A stretch of 57,252 nucleotides of DNA from Arcobacter sp. (GTDB taxonomy: Bacteria > Campylobacterota > Campylobacteria > Campylobacterales > Arcobacteraceae). Made by a program: the position numbers and the translations under genes. The stretch is taken from NCBI GenBank assembly GCA_965662175.1, contig CBFIGT010000005.1, forward strand, positions 1-57,252. The letters are read 5' to 3'. This document shows positions 25,491 to 35,341 of this stretch, piece after piece. The first letter of the stretch is position 1, and each line of letters opens with the position of its first letter. Under the pieces are notes generated by a model that did no database searches, was not told the origin of the DNA, and saw nothing but the letters and a program-made list of their open reading frames with translations.

Positions 25491-27575
25491 ATGAGCGTTG
25501 TTGCTGATATAAATTCGGTTTGTACTTATTGTGGAACTGGTTGTGATATAACAGCACAAGTTCAAGATAACAAAATCCTAAAAATCTATGCCCAAAATGA
25601 TGGCTATGTTTCCCAAGGAAAACTTTGTATAAAAGGTTCAAAGGGTTATGACTTTGTAGCCTCACCTGAACGTATACGAAACTCAAGAGTTAAAAAATCT
25701 TTTATAGAAAAAAACTTAAATGACTTACCAAATGAGTTAAAAGCTAGGGCAAAAACTCTAAAAGAGTTTGATGAAAACTATTATGAAACACCCTATGAGT
25801 TTACAACTTCACTAGCAGCTTGGAAACTAACTCAAATCAAAGAAAAATATGGAAGACATGCTTTTTGTGGGATGGGAGGAGCTAGAACTTCATGTGAAAG
25901 CTCATATATGTTCCAAAAGTTTGTAAGACAAGCTATGGACTCACCTCATGTTGATTGTTGTGCAAGAGTTTGTCATAGTCCAAGTTTAAAAGGAATGAAA
26001 CCCCTTATTGGTGAGGGAGCTGCAACTAATCCATTTGATGATATTTTTAAAACAGAAAATATCATCATAATGGGTTCAAATACAACAGAAGCCCATCCAA
26101 TAGTTTCAAATAGGATAATCAAAGCCTCAAAATCAAAAAGTGCAAGTGTAACAGTAATAGATGTAAGAAATATCCAAATTGGTAAATATGGTAGAGAATT
26201 AGTTATTCCTTATGAAGCAAATCTTTTAGTTTTAAATATGATGGCTTATGTGATTTTATCTGAGAAACTTTATGATAATGAGTTTATTGATTCAAGATGT
26301 TTAGGTTTTGAAGAGTACAAAAACTCAATTTTAAATGACCCTTTTGCAAACCCTGAGTATATGAAAAATATAAAAGGCTATGAGATTTTAGCAGAGCAAA
26401 TTCCTGAAGTTGCAAGAGAGTATGCTACAAAAAAATCTATGTTTTTTTGGGGACTTGGAATAACTGAACACTTAGATGGTTCTTATGCTGTTATGGCAGT
26501 TGTTCATTTAGCACTTTTAACTGGAAATGTAGGTAAAGAAGGAACAGGTCTAATGCCACTTCGAGGACAAAACAATGTCCAAGGAGCTTGTGATACAGGA
26601 TGTTTACCATACTTTGACCCTGATTATCAAGATGCAAAAGAGATAGGTCTTATGACACCTCAATTGATTGATGAAATGTTAGAAGATAGAGTAAAAGCCA
26701 TGTATGTTATGGGCGAAGATATTGCACATATTCATCCAAATCAAAATAAAATTCATAAAGCCCTAGAACATCTTGAACTTATAATTTCAAATGAACTATT
26801 TATGAATGAAATTACAAAAAAAGCTGATATTGTATTTGGTGTAAAATCAGCCTATGAAAAAACCGGTGTTTATGTAAATGCCATGAGAAGATTACATCTT
26901 TCTCAACCTTTAGTAGAAGCTTCCATGCCTGATGATTGGGAAGTTTTAAGGGATATTGAAAATAAACTAAAAGGTGAGTTTATTTATGAGACTAGTGAAG
27001 ATGTTTGGAATGAAACAAAAGAAGCAGTTGGAAGTAGATATAGTGGAGCAACTTATCATAAACTCTCAAAAAATAGAAATAGAGGTATGCAATGGCCTAT
27101 AAAAAAAGATGATACTCCTATTTTACATTTGACAGATTTTAGAACACCAAATGGAAAAGGATATTTTCAATATCATCAATATAGATTAAGAGAACAAATT
27201 GAAAAACTTGTACATAATATAGAGACTCCAAAAAATGAGTTCTATTTAACAACAGGAAGAACAATAGTTCACTATAACAACGCAGCTCAAACAATAAGAA
27301 GTGAGGCTTTAAACTCAAGATATGAAAAAGATATAGTGTTAGCATCTAAAGAGGATAAAGAGAGAATTGGAAGTGATAATATTATAATGAAAACCCAATA
27401 CGGGGAAACAGCAATAATGCCTGTAAAATATACAAAAAACATAAAACCAGGAACACTTTTTACAACATTCCATCACCCTGAATCAAAAGTTAATTATATC
27501 TTTGGAGATGAAGCTGATGAGTTGATTTTAACAGCTAGATTTAAATCACTTAGAGTTGATGTTGTCCCAGTATAA
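25491..27575 (+). CDS. Molybdopterin oxidoreductase, formate dehydrogenase alpha (FdhF)-like, Cys-type
   Basis: CTYCGTGC...GKLCIKG [4Fe-4S] motif, VDCCARVCHSPS, PLRGQNNVQG, LTTGR..HYN; no Tat signal. Confidence 0.85.
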   Translation: MSVVADINSVCTYCGTGCDITAQVQDNKILKIYAQNDGYVSQGKLCIKGSKGYDFVASPERIRNSRVKKSFIEKNLNDLPNELKARAKTLKEFDENYYETPYEFTTSLAAWKLTQIKEKYGRHAFCGMGGARTSCESSYMFQKFVRQAMDSPHVDCCARVCHSPSLKGMKPLIGEGAATNPFDDIFKTENIIIMGSNTTEAHPIVSNRIIKASKSKSASVTVIDVRNIQIGKYGRELVIPYEANLLVLNMMAYVILSEKLYDNEFIDSRCLGFEEYKNSILNDPFANPEYMKNIKGYEILAEQIPEVAREYATKKSMFFWGLGITEHLDGSYAVMAVVHLALLTGNVGKEGTGLMPLRGQNNVQGACDTGCLPYFDPDYQDAKEIGLMTPQLIDEMLEDRVKAMYVMGEDIAHIHPNQNKIHKALEHLELIISNELFMNEITKKADIVFGVKSAYEKTGVYVNAMRRLHLSQPLVEASMPDDWEVLRDIENKLKGEFIYETSEDVWNETKEAVGSRYSGATYHKLSKNRNRGMQWPIKKDDTPILHLTDFRTPNGKGYFQYHQYRLREQIEKLVHNIETPKNEFYLTTGRTIVHYNNAAQTIRSEALNSRYEKDIVLASKEDKERIGSDNIIMKTQYGETAIMPVKYTKNIKPGTLFTTFHHPESKVNYIFGDEADELILTARFKSLRVDVVPV

Positions 27576-27894
27576 GGGAAAAGAATCAGAACAAAAAGCC
27601 TGTGAGTTTCTAATCTCATCAGGCTTTAAAATAGTAGAGCAAAACTTTTTTGCCAAAAAACTAGGTGAAATAGATATCATAGCCACCAAAGATGATATCT
27701 ATCACTTCGTAGAGGTAAAATCCTCAGTAGATTATGAAAGTGCCATAAATAACATAACACCCCAAAAACTACATAAAATCAAAAAAAGTACAGATTACTA
27801 CTTGCAAAGCAAAAAACTAGATATAAGCTTTTGTATTGATGCAATAATCATAGTAGATGAAGAGATAGAGTTTTTAGAAAATATCACCTTATAG
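27559..27894 (+). CDS. YraN/UPF0102 family nuclease
   Basis: KGKESEQKACEFL...GEIDIIA...FVEVKS. Confidence 0.9.
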   Translation: MLSQYKGKESEQKACEFLISSGFKIVEQNFFAKKLGEIDIIATKDDIYHFVEVKSSVDYESAINNITPQKLHKIKKSTDYYLQSKKLDISFCIDAIIIVDEEIEFLENITL

Positions 27895-27895
27895 T

Positions 27896-27919
27896 CTCAA
27901 GCTCGTTCCCATCGTCCCC
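27896..27919 (+). repeat. Truncated left-end copy of the REPIN-like repeat
   Basis: CTCAAGCTCGTTCCCATCGTCCCC, identical to 29213-29236. Confidence 0.85.
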
Positions 27920-27925
27920 CACAAT

Positions 27926-28024
27926 CTCGTTCCCATCGTCCCCGATGGGAATGCATACATAAACTAATACTCTTAAAAAAAATAAACTTACATAGGCATT
28001 CCAAAGCTGGAGCTTTGGAACGAG
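27926..28024. repeat. REPIN/MITE-like element, copy 1 (99 bp)
   Basis: CTCGTTCC...GGAACGAG terminal inverted repeat; hairpins TTCCCATCG-tccc-CGATGGGAA and TTCCAAAGCT-gg-AGCTTTGGAA; GC-rich against the background. Confidence 0.88.
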
Positions 28025-28116
28025 TAGAATAATATTTTACTTCATTAACTAATAAATTTATTAATTATTACATCTTTTTATTATACAATGATTTAGAGTA
28101 AAATATAAGGGTTTAA

Positions 28117-28629
28117 ATGAAAATTATTTTTATATGTTTAATAAGTTTATTTTTAAATGGTTGTATTAACACACCCTTGGCAAAAGTTCCTGTTTATAAA
28201 TTAGACAAGAATTTTGATTCAGAACAAGCAAAACTACAATTAGAAAAAGGTAATAATACAATAAAGGGTAGTGCATTAATTAAACAAAGAGGAGGAGGCA
28301 TTATAACTTGTGCTGGTAATATAATTTATTTAGTACCTAAAACTAATTATGCACAAGAAAGAATGTTTTATATTTATGGTAACGATGAAAATGGATTTAA
28401 TAAAAGTAGTTATAGTTTTATTCCAGATGAAAGTGAATATTATAAATTAACAAAATCTACAATTTGTGATACGCAGGGGTATTTTAAGTTTGAAAAAATT
28501 AAAGATGGAGAATATTATATTATAACAACAATACAATGGCTAGTAGGATACAATCAGCAAGGTGGTTCTTTAATGAAAAAAGTAAGTGTATCTAATGAAG
28601 AAATTAAAGATATTGTTTTAGTTCCATAA
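28117..28629 (+). CDS. Hypothetical lipoprotein
   Basis: Lipobox LNG-C16; 170-aa ORF with RBS-like AAGGG. Confidence 0.75.
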   Translation: MKIIFICLISLFLNGCINTPLAKVPVYKLDKNFDSEQAKLQLEKGNNTIKGSALIKQRGGGIITCAGNIIYLVPKTNYAQERMFYIYGNDENGFNKSSYSFIPDESEYYKLTKSTICDTQGYFKFEKIKDGEYYIITTIQWLVGYNQQGGSLMKKVSVSNEEIKDIVLVP

Positions 28630-28688
28630 AACTTAAAAGAATTACTATTTCAAAACCAAATTAAATTTTATCATTATGGGAAGTAAAA

Positions 28689-29207
28689 ATGTTTAAACTA
28701 AAAAATATAGTAATATTGTTATTGCTGCTATCATTTACTGGATGTAATTATTCATATAATGTAACACCAAATTCATCAACTTATAATATAGGGACAATTG
28801 TTGAATTTTCAACAAATAATCAAGTTAATTTAATAAATGTACAAAAATCTACTCAAATTGTTTTAGGTACAAGTCCAGTTGAAACAATGAATGCTAATTT
28901 GCATGAGTGGACAGATGTTTCAATACAAATATTAAAAAAAGAATTTCTAAAAAGAGGTATTATCTCTGGAGATAAATCTGCGAAAACAATTTATATTTCA
29001 GTTGAAAAAGCAAAAATGGATTTAGGAATGCTATATAATTCTTGTGAAATATTTATTAAAGTAACAATAGATGATTACTCCCAAGTTTATTATGGAAGAA
29101 GTAATGCAATATCATATCTTGATGCTTCTAGTAGTGCGATGACAGAAGCTGTTACAAATATATTAAGAGATAATACTGTTATCAAATATTTAGTAACTGA
29201 TAAATAA
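28689..29207 (+). CDS. Hypothetical lipoprotein
   Basis: Lipobox-like FTG-C19; 172-aa ORF. Confidence 0.72.
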   Translation: MFKLKNIVILLLLLSFTGCNYSYNVTPNSSTYNIGTIVEFSTNNQVNLINVQKSTQIVLGTSPVETMNANLHEWTDVSIQILKKEFLKRGIISGDKSAKTIYISVEKAKMDLGMLYNSCEIFIKVTIDDYSQVYYGRSNAISYLDASSSAMTEAVTNILRDNTVIKYLVTDK

Positions 29208-29218
29208 TAAAGCTCAAG

Positions 29219-29316
29219 CTCGTTCCCATCGTCCCCGATGGGAATGCATACATAAACTAATACTCTTAAAAAAATAAACTTATATAGGCATTCCAAAGCT
29301 GGAGCTTTGGAACGAG
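29219..29316. repeat. REPIN/MITE-like element, copy 2 (98 bp)
   Basis: Same orientation as copy 1; differs by one A in a homopolymer run and one C/T substitution. Confidence 0.88.
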
Positions 29317-29332
29317 TAAAAGGAGTAGAAAC

Positions 29333-30775
29333 CTACTTTATAGTCTCATCACTTTTTTCACTAGGTTTATCTTCTGTTTCTTCTTTTTTGGCTTTTTTAT
29401 TTCTCATTTTTAAATAAACAATTTTGATTATTCTACTCATATTTGTAAAAAACTTAGTTGTATATGTTGTTTCGGTATTTTCTATCTCTTGTCCTAGATT
29501 TACATCCAAGGCTTCAGATTTTTTCATGGATAATATTTGTGATGGGAAAACGCTTCTATGTCCTGTCATTAAAAATGCTATGATGATAGATAAAGCTGCA
29601 TAATGAGCTACATTCATACCAAAAAGTTCAACTGCCATAATCATAGCTGCTATTGGTGCTGATGTTGCACCTGCTAATACTGACACAAATCCTAAAGCTG
29701 CAAAAAGTGGAATATAACCATCTACTAAATATCCAAAAAAGTTTCCACTTGTGGCTCCCACATAAAATATGGGAGTGATAACTCCTCCACTTCCTCCAAA
29801 ACCTAAGGTAAGTGAGGTAAATATTGTTTTTAAAATAAATGTATACCAAGGAATATTTTCATGGTCATCAAAACTTGAGGATAGGGACTCTTTTATTGTC
29901 TCAAATCCTAAACCTAAATACTCATCACCTACAATTAGAGTTAAAATTACAATTAAAACTCCTCCTAAAAAAGCTTTTAATAAGTAGTTTATTTTTAGAT
30001 TATTAGCATAATTATGAATAGCTCTTAAAGTAGTAATAATAAAATCAGCAACAAGTCCAAAAAAGATTCCAGCTAATAAAATCTTAGCTATTAAAACATA
30101 GTTAAAATCAAAAACTGTATAAAATGAGATATCAAAATATGTATAACTAATACCAAACATTTTTGCCACAAAAAAAGCTGAAAATCCTGCAACAATAGAT
30201 GGTAATAAAATATCATACATCAAAGCACCAACTATTAGTATCTCAACTCCAAAAATAGCACCTGCAAGTGGAGTTCCAAATACAGAAGCAAATCCTGCAC
30301 TAATACCACAAATAACCATTTTCTTTCTATCTCTATTTGAAAACTTAAAAAGTGTAGCAACATAAGAAGCAAAAGCAGCTCCAATTTGTGCTCCAGGTCC
30401 CTCTTTTCCTACACTTCCCCCTGAAAATATGGTGATAACTGTTGCTACTAATTTTACAGGTACAACAGATATATTCATTTTCCCAGATTTTTTGTGTACC
30501 GCTTCAATTACTTTTTCAGTTCCATGACCTTGAGCACTTGGAGCAAACTTTTTAACAATATAAACAGTAATAACTAAAGCAAAGGGAAGAGTATAATAAT
30601 AATCAAAAGGTAATAAATCCCTAGACTCTTCACAATACTCTAGAAATTTTAGAAAAAAAGATACGATTACACCAATTAAGGCACCAATTATTGATGAAAT
30701 TAAAATCCATTTTGTAATACTTGCAAACATAACTGTTTGTTCTGTGAAGTGGTTGTGAACATTGTTGTTATTCAT
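29333..30775 (-). CDS. ClC-family chloride channel / H+ antiporter
   Basis: GSVGKEGP, FGTPLAGAIFGVE, GGSGGVITP; many TM segments. Confidence 0.9.
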   Translation of the reverse strand: MNNNNVHNHFTEQTVMFASITKWILISSIIGALIGVIVSFFLKFLEYCEESRDLLPFDYYYTLPFALVITVYIVKKFAPSAQGHGTEKVIEAVHKKSGKMNISVVPVKLVATVITIFSGGSVGKEGPGAQIGAAFASYVATLFKFSNRDRKKMVICGISAGFASVFGTPLAGAIFGVEILIVGALMYDILLPSIVAGFSAFFVAKMFGISYTYFDISFYTVFDFNYVLIAKILLAGIFFGLVADFIITTLRAIHNYANNLKINYLLKAFLGGVLIVILTLIVGDEYLGLGFETIKESLSSSFDDHENIPWYTFILKTIFTSLTLGFGGSGGVITPIFYVGATSGNFFGYLVDGYIPLFAALGFVSVLAGATSAPIAAMIMAVELFGMNVAHYAALSIIIAFLMTGHRSVFPSQILSMKKSEALDVNLGQEIENTETTYTTKFFTNMSRIIKIVYLKMRNKKAKKEETEDKPSEKSDETIK

Positions 30776-30873
30776 GATATTTAGCTACTTTAAAGTAAGA
30801 GGTTTAAAGAAAGTAATTATATCAGAACAAATATTATATCTCCAAGCTATAAAGCCCTAAATATCAAACTTTT

Positions 30874-31551
30874 TTAAAGATTTTTCTCCTTTAAATACTC
30901 ACTAAGTGTTTTAAGTTCATCTAAATTTTTAGGCTCGATTTTTAAAATCTCACACATAGATTTAACACCCATTGATAATAGATATTGTAAATTTGAATCA
31001 AAAGTTGCCTCTTCTATTACTAGGATTTTATCTTTATGAACTTCAAACATATAACCACCATTTGGGATAGGTGTCATTGATAAGGTTACTGTGTAGTGAT
31101 CTTTTATAATACTCTCTTTTGTTGAGTACATCAAACCTATATTATAATCTTTTTTTGAAAAGCCATGAATTAGTACAACTAAAACTTTTTGTTCACCTGA
31201 TTTTGAGGTATTAAAAATATTTATAAGCTCTTTTATTGTCTCATAACCTGGAATTTTAGAATAGACTCTTTGAACAAAATCACCAAAACTAGTCTCTACA
31301 AATATTCCAACTATATAAGCAATAAAAAGTAATAAAGCAACACCAACAATAGTCCAAATAAAAGGAAAGTTTTCAGGGTTTAAACCAATAACTTCAAACA
31401 AATATCCAGTTACATTTACAACTTTTCCATATATCCAACGAATTATTATAGTTATTGCTACAATTGGAGCTAACCAAAAAAGACCTTTTAGAATTACTTC
31501 TAAAACATGATTTTTACCATGCCCAAAAAATACTTTTATTTTATTCCACAT
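30874..31551 (-). CDS. DUF502-family membrane protein
   Basis: KGL..LAPI..T, KIPGYETIKE, TPIPNGG, LSMG pattern. Confidence 0.75.
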   Translation of the reverse strand: MWNKIKVFFGHGKNHVLEVILKGLFWLAPIVAITIIIRWIYGKVVNVTGYLFEVIGLNPENFPFIWTIVGVALLLFIAYIVGIFVETSFGDFVQRVYSKIPGYETIKELINIFNTSKSGEQKVLVVLIHGFSKKDYNIGLMYSTKESIIKDHYTVTLSMTPIPNGGYMFEVHKDKILVIEEATFDSNLQYLLSMGVKSMCEILKIEPKNLDELKTLSEYLKEKNL

Positions 31552-31642
31552 TTTTACCCTTTAAAATTGGATTATAACAGTTTTTGAATATTTTTTATAC
31601 AAAAAAAATTTTAAATAAAAAGTTTTTAGGATAATATTCTAT

Positions 31643-33283
31643 ATGGATTCATTACTAATTATAATATTCGCATCACTTGCCATTGCTACAGTTTTAAATA
31701 TAATATTTAAAAAATTATCAATATCCCATATCTTAGGATATATTATTACAGGTACAATAATCAGTACCCTATTTCATTTTAATGGTGAAAAAGATTTATA
31801 CTCTTTGGATTTGATAGCTGAATTTGGAATTGTTTTACTTATGTTTAGTATTGGATTAGAGATGCCAATTGAAAAACTAAAACGTATGAAAAATGCTTTA
31901 ATTTTTGATGGTTTTGGACAAGTTGCAATAAGTACTTTAATAATATTTTTACTTTCAAAATTTCTATTTAATCTTGATACAAACTCATCATTGATTATCT
32001 CTCTAGCTTTTTCTTTATCCTCAACAGCAATTGTATTAACTTATTTAAAGCAATCAAAAGATATTTATACACCCTATGGACAAAAAGCAACTGCAATTCT
32101 TATTTTTCAAGATTTAGCTGTTATTCCTATACTATTGCTTATTGGTTTTTTATCAAATGATACTATGAGTTTACAAGAGGTTTTAATAAAAACTACACTT
32201 TCAGCTATTGGAATTATAGTTTTTATGTTTACTATTGGGAAAAAAGTTATGGAGTGGCTTTTACAGTTTGCAAGCCAAACAAAACTTGAAGAGTTGTTTT
32301 TAGCTTCTGTTTTATCAATTGTTATGGGAGCTTCAATTTTAGCTCATAGTATTGGTTTTACTTACTCTTTAGGTGCTTTTATTGCAGGTATGATTATTGC
32401 TGAAAGCTCTTTTCATGTAAAAGTAGAATCAGATATTGCCTCATATAAAGATTTACTTTTAGGAATATTTTTCTTCTCAGTTGGTACAAAAATAGATGTT
32501 CCTTATCTTTTTTCAAATATTTTTTATGTTTTCTTGATATTTATAAGTGTAATGATAATAAAAGCTCTTGTAATTTACTTTATCATTAGATTTAAAGAGA
32601 ACAAAAGTGACTCTATTAAAGCTGCTATTTCTCTTTGTCAAGTGGGTGAGTTCTCATTTGCTGTTTTTGCTTTAGCCTCAGCTGATAATCTTTTAAGTGA
32701 TGAGCTTAGTAAGTTTTTAATCTTAGTTACTGTTTTATCAATGATTATAACCCCATTTATTGTAAACAATATTTATAAGTTAGCTTCATATTTTGTAGTT
32801 GAGTTTTATGAGTCTGATAAAATTACACCAATTGACCAAAAAAACCATACTATTGTTTGTGGATATGATACTTTGGGTAGAATTATTTCAAATAGATTAG
32901 ATGCTGAAAAAATACCTTTTGTAATAATCTCAGATGACTTAAGACATGTTTTATTAGCTAGAAAAAGAGGATTTAAAGCCTATTTTGGACACTTAGATAA
33001 AAAACCTGTTTTAGAATCACTTAAAGCTGATGAAACAAAAAGTATTATTTTAACATTAGATAATGTTGCAAAAATAAGACTTATTTCAGAAGCTATTTTA
33101 AACTATTACAATGATGCAAATTTGATAGTAAAAGTAGATACAAAAGAGGAAAAAAGAAGTTTAAAAGATTTAAATATAAAAGGTTTTGTTTCAGCTCAAC
33201 ATGAAATAGCAACAATGCTTGTAAATGAGAGTTTAAAAACCCCAAGTGAACTAGCTAATACCAAAGCTCAAACTTCGGAATAG
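31643..33283 (+). CDS. CPA2 (Kef-type) cation:proton antiporter with TrkA-N domain
   Basis: AEFGIVLLMFSIGLE, LSSTAIV, FQDLA, QVGEFSF, IVCGY..LG. Confidence 0.9.
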   Translation: MDSLLIIIFASLAIATVLNIIFKKLSISHILGYIITGTIISTLFHFNGEKDLYSLDLIAEFGIVLLMFSIGLEMPIEKLKRMKNALIFDGFGQVAISTLIIFLLSKFLFNLDTNSSLIISLAFSLSSTAIVLTYLKQSKDIYTPYGQKATAILIFQDLAVIPILLLIGFLSNDTMSLQEVLIKTTLSAIGIIVFMFTIGKKVMEWLLQFASQTKLEELFLASVLSIVMGASILAHSIGFTYSLGAFIAGMIIAESSFHVKVESDIASYKDLLLGIFFFSVGTKIDVPYLFSNIFYVFLIFISVMIIKALVIYFIIRFKENKSDSIKAAISLCQVGEFSFAVFALASADNLLSDELSKFLILVTVLSMIITPFIVNNIYKLASYFVVEFYESDKITPIDQKNHTIVCGYDTLGRIISNRLDAEKIPFVIISDDLRHVLLARKRGFKAYFGHLDKKPVLESLKADETKSIILTLDNVAKIRLISEAILNYYNDANLIVKVDTKEEKRSLKDLNIKGFVSAQHEIATMLVNESLKTPSELANTKAQTSE

Positions 33284-33884
33284 TTGCAACTGCTTTTATA
33301 ATATCTGTTTTAGAAACAATACCTAATAAATAATGCTCCGAATCAACAACAGGTATTGCATCTAATTTAAAATCAAGCATAACTTTTGCAACTCTTCTAA
33401 TATCTGTAATTGGGTCAGTTGTAATAAGTTCAGGCAAATATATATCATCAATTTTTCTATCTAATATCTCTTTTGCATTATCTATATCTTCAATGATTAA
33501 ATTTAATATTGTTTTTTTATTTATCATTCCCAATATTTTTTTTGCATTTGTAATAATAGGAATTTGATTTAAGCTATTATCTTTTAGAGTATAATAAGCC
33601 TCTTCTATAGTAAACTCATTTGTAAGTGTTATACAATCTTTTGTCATTATCTCACTTACATGGTAAACTTTCTCTGTAGTATCAAGATTTGCAATTTTTT
33701 TATATGTATTTAGAGCTTTTTCTTTATTTTCATCTTTTTTTTTGCCACTGGTATAATCTTGAAATAATGTATCATCATCAGGCTTTAACCTAACACTATT
33801 TGGAGCATCTAAACTTTTTAAAGAGTATAAGTTATCAACAGTACTTCTAAATCCTACACTTCCATTATTGTAAACTGCAAACAT
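33255..33884 (-). CDS. CBS-domain protein
   Basis: Two CBS repeats (VSEIMT...QIPI...GMI; AIPVVD...GIVSKTDI). Confidence 0.85.
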   Translation of the reverse strand: MFAVYNNGSVGFRSTVDNLYSLKSLDAPNSVRLKPDDDTLFQDYTSGKKKDENKEKALNTYKKIANLDTTEKVYHVSEIMTKDCITLTNEFTIEEAYYTLKDNSLNQIPIITNAKKILGMINKKTILNLIIEDIDNAKEILDRKIDDIYLPELITTDPITDIRRVAKVMLDFKLDAIPVVDSEHYLLGIVSKTDIIKAVATIPKFELWY

Positions 33885-33989
33885 ATTATTTCCTTAACTT
33901 TTTTTAATAATAACAAAATATCTTGTGATTTGTATAAAAAAATGTAAATAATTTAATTAAAGATTTAAACTATAAAATAGTATCATTTC

Positions 33990-34135
33990 AGTTAGTCCAG
34001 TTTAGTAGCAACCATCCTATACTTATGACTTGGGAGGAAGAAGTATAAATGTAAATTAAATGTAAATTTAATGTACAACGATAGTTGAACTATTCTGGGT
34101 ACTTGTATTAAAAATTAGTACGGATAATCCTAACT
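33990..34135. ncRNA. Candidate structured non-coding RNA or long leader (strand uncertain)
   Basis: 340-bp intergenic region with long-range complementarity (33997-34016 vs 34080-34098), hairpin TATACTT/AAGTATA (34018-34047) and hairpin GTACT/AGTAC; -10-like elements pointing in from both sides. Confidence 0.4.
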
Positions 34136-34158
34136 TACAAATATAGCAAAAACATAGC
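34127..34158 (-). promoter_or_regulatory. Possible seventh regulon box plus -10
   Basis: Minus strand GCTATG-ttttt-GCTATA-tttgtaagt-TAGGAT, same spacing as the six island promoters. Confidence 0.5.
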
Positions 34159-34225
34159 GTTTTTCTCAAAATTTAGCTTAAATCAAATTTTAATCATAAA
34201 TTAAATATAATATATAACTAAATTA

Positions 34226-35326
34226 ATGGAGATTCTTTTGTACGAAAAAGAACTAAAAGCAATCAAAAAATCCAATATATATAGACAAAGAACCATTTTC
34301 GATGAAAACTTAATTGATTTAGCATCAAATGACTATCTTGGATTATCTTCAAATAAAGAACTTTTTCAAAATGCTTATGAAAGAGTTTTACAATCAAAAT
34401 ACAAATCTCCCAAAGCCTCACTGCTTGTAAATGGATATAGTTTGATTCATAAAGAGTTTGAAGAAAATCTAAAAGAAGCAAATGAGTTTGAAGATGCCTT
34501 AGTTGTAGGAAGTGGATTTTTAGCAAATATCTCTTTAATTGAAGCACTTGTTAGAAAAACAGATATTTTATTTATTGATGAAGAGTATCATGCTAGTGGT
34601 ATTTTAGCAACAAGACTTCTAAAAAAAGAGCAAGTAATAACTTTCTCTCACAATGATTACCATGATTTAGAAAATAAAATAAAAAACTGTAAATCAAATG
34701 GTAGATTTATTATTGCAATAGAGGGTATTTACTCTATGGGTGGAGATTTAGCACCTATTGAATTTTTTGAAATATCTACAAAATATGATTGTTTATTAAT
34801 TGTTGATGAAGCACATAGCTCAGGGGTTATTGGAGATAATCTTTTAGGAATATTTGATTATTATAATATTAAACCAAATAAAAACCATATAAAAATGGGA
34901 ACTCTTGGAAAAGCTTATGGAAGTTATGGTGCATATATTTTAGCTTCTAAAAATATTATAGAGTTTTTACTAAATAGAGCTAAAGCCGTAATATACACAA
35001 CAGCACCCTCTTTATTTGATATTGCTTTAGGAAATGAAGCACTTAAATATATTTTAGAAAATGGTAAAGAGTTAAAAAACAAAATAAAAAAACAACAAAA
35101 AATTGTAAAAGATATTTTAAATATTGATTTAAAATCCTTAATAATTGCCTATGAAATAGGTGATAATAAAAAAGTATTAAGTATTCAAAAAACACTTAAA
35201 GAAAATGGCTATTTAGTAGGTGCCATAAGACAACCCACAGTTAAAAGTGCCATTATGCGGGTAATTGCTAAAATAGATATTGCAGAAGATGATTTAATTA
35301 GTGTTTGCAAACTTATCAAAAAGTAA
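34226..35326 (+). CDS. bioF: 8-amino-7-oxononanoate synthase
   Basis: DLASNDYLGL, SGFLAN, HAS, EGIYSMGGD, VDEAHS, GTLGKAYG, AIRQPTV. Confidence 0.9.
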   Translation: MEILLYEKELKAIKKSNIYRQRTIFDENLIDLASNDYLGLSSNKELFQNAYERVLQSKYKSPKASLLVNGYSLIHKEFEENLKEANEFEDALVVGSGFLANISLIEALVRKTDILFIDEEYHASGILATRLLKKEQVITFSHNDYHDLENKIKNCKSNGRFIIAIEGIYSMGGDLAPIEFFEISTKYDCLLIVDEAHSSGVIGDNLLGIFDYYNIKPNKNHIKMGTLGKAYGSYGAYILASKNIIEFLLNRAKAVIYTTAPSLFDIALGNEALKYILENGKELKNKIKKQQKIVKDILNIDLKSLIIAYEIGDNKKVLSIQKTLKENGYLVGAIRQPTVKSAIMRVIAKIDIAEDDLISVCKLIKK

Positions 35327-35341
35327 AATTTAGAGGAACAA

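Noticed and set aside
25491..27575. Selenocysteine recoding in the FDH-like gene
   Set aside because: The ORF is uninterrupted and has TGT (Cys) at the active-site position.
27896..29316. Repeats as a CRISPR array or integron attC sites
   Set aside because: Only two full copies 1.2 kb apart, no spacer periodicity and no cas or intI gene; the ends read GTT...AAC, the reverse of attC RYYYAAC...GTTRRRY.
29333..30775. Fluoride-specific CLC-F exporter
   Set aside because: Lacks the GNNLI/GREGT/GEVTP signatures (has GKEGP and GVITP); no fluoride riboswitch seen.
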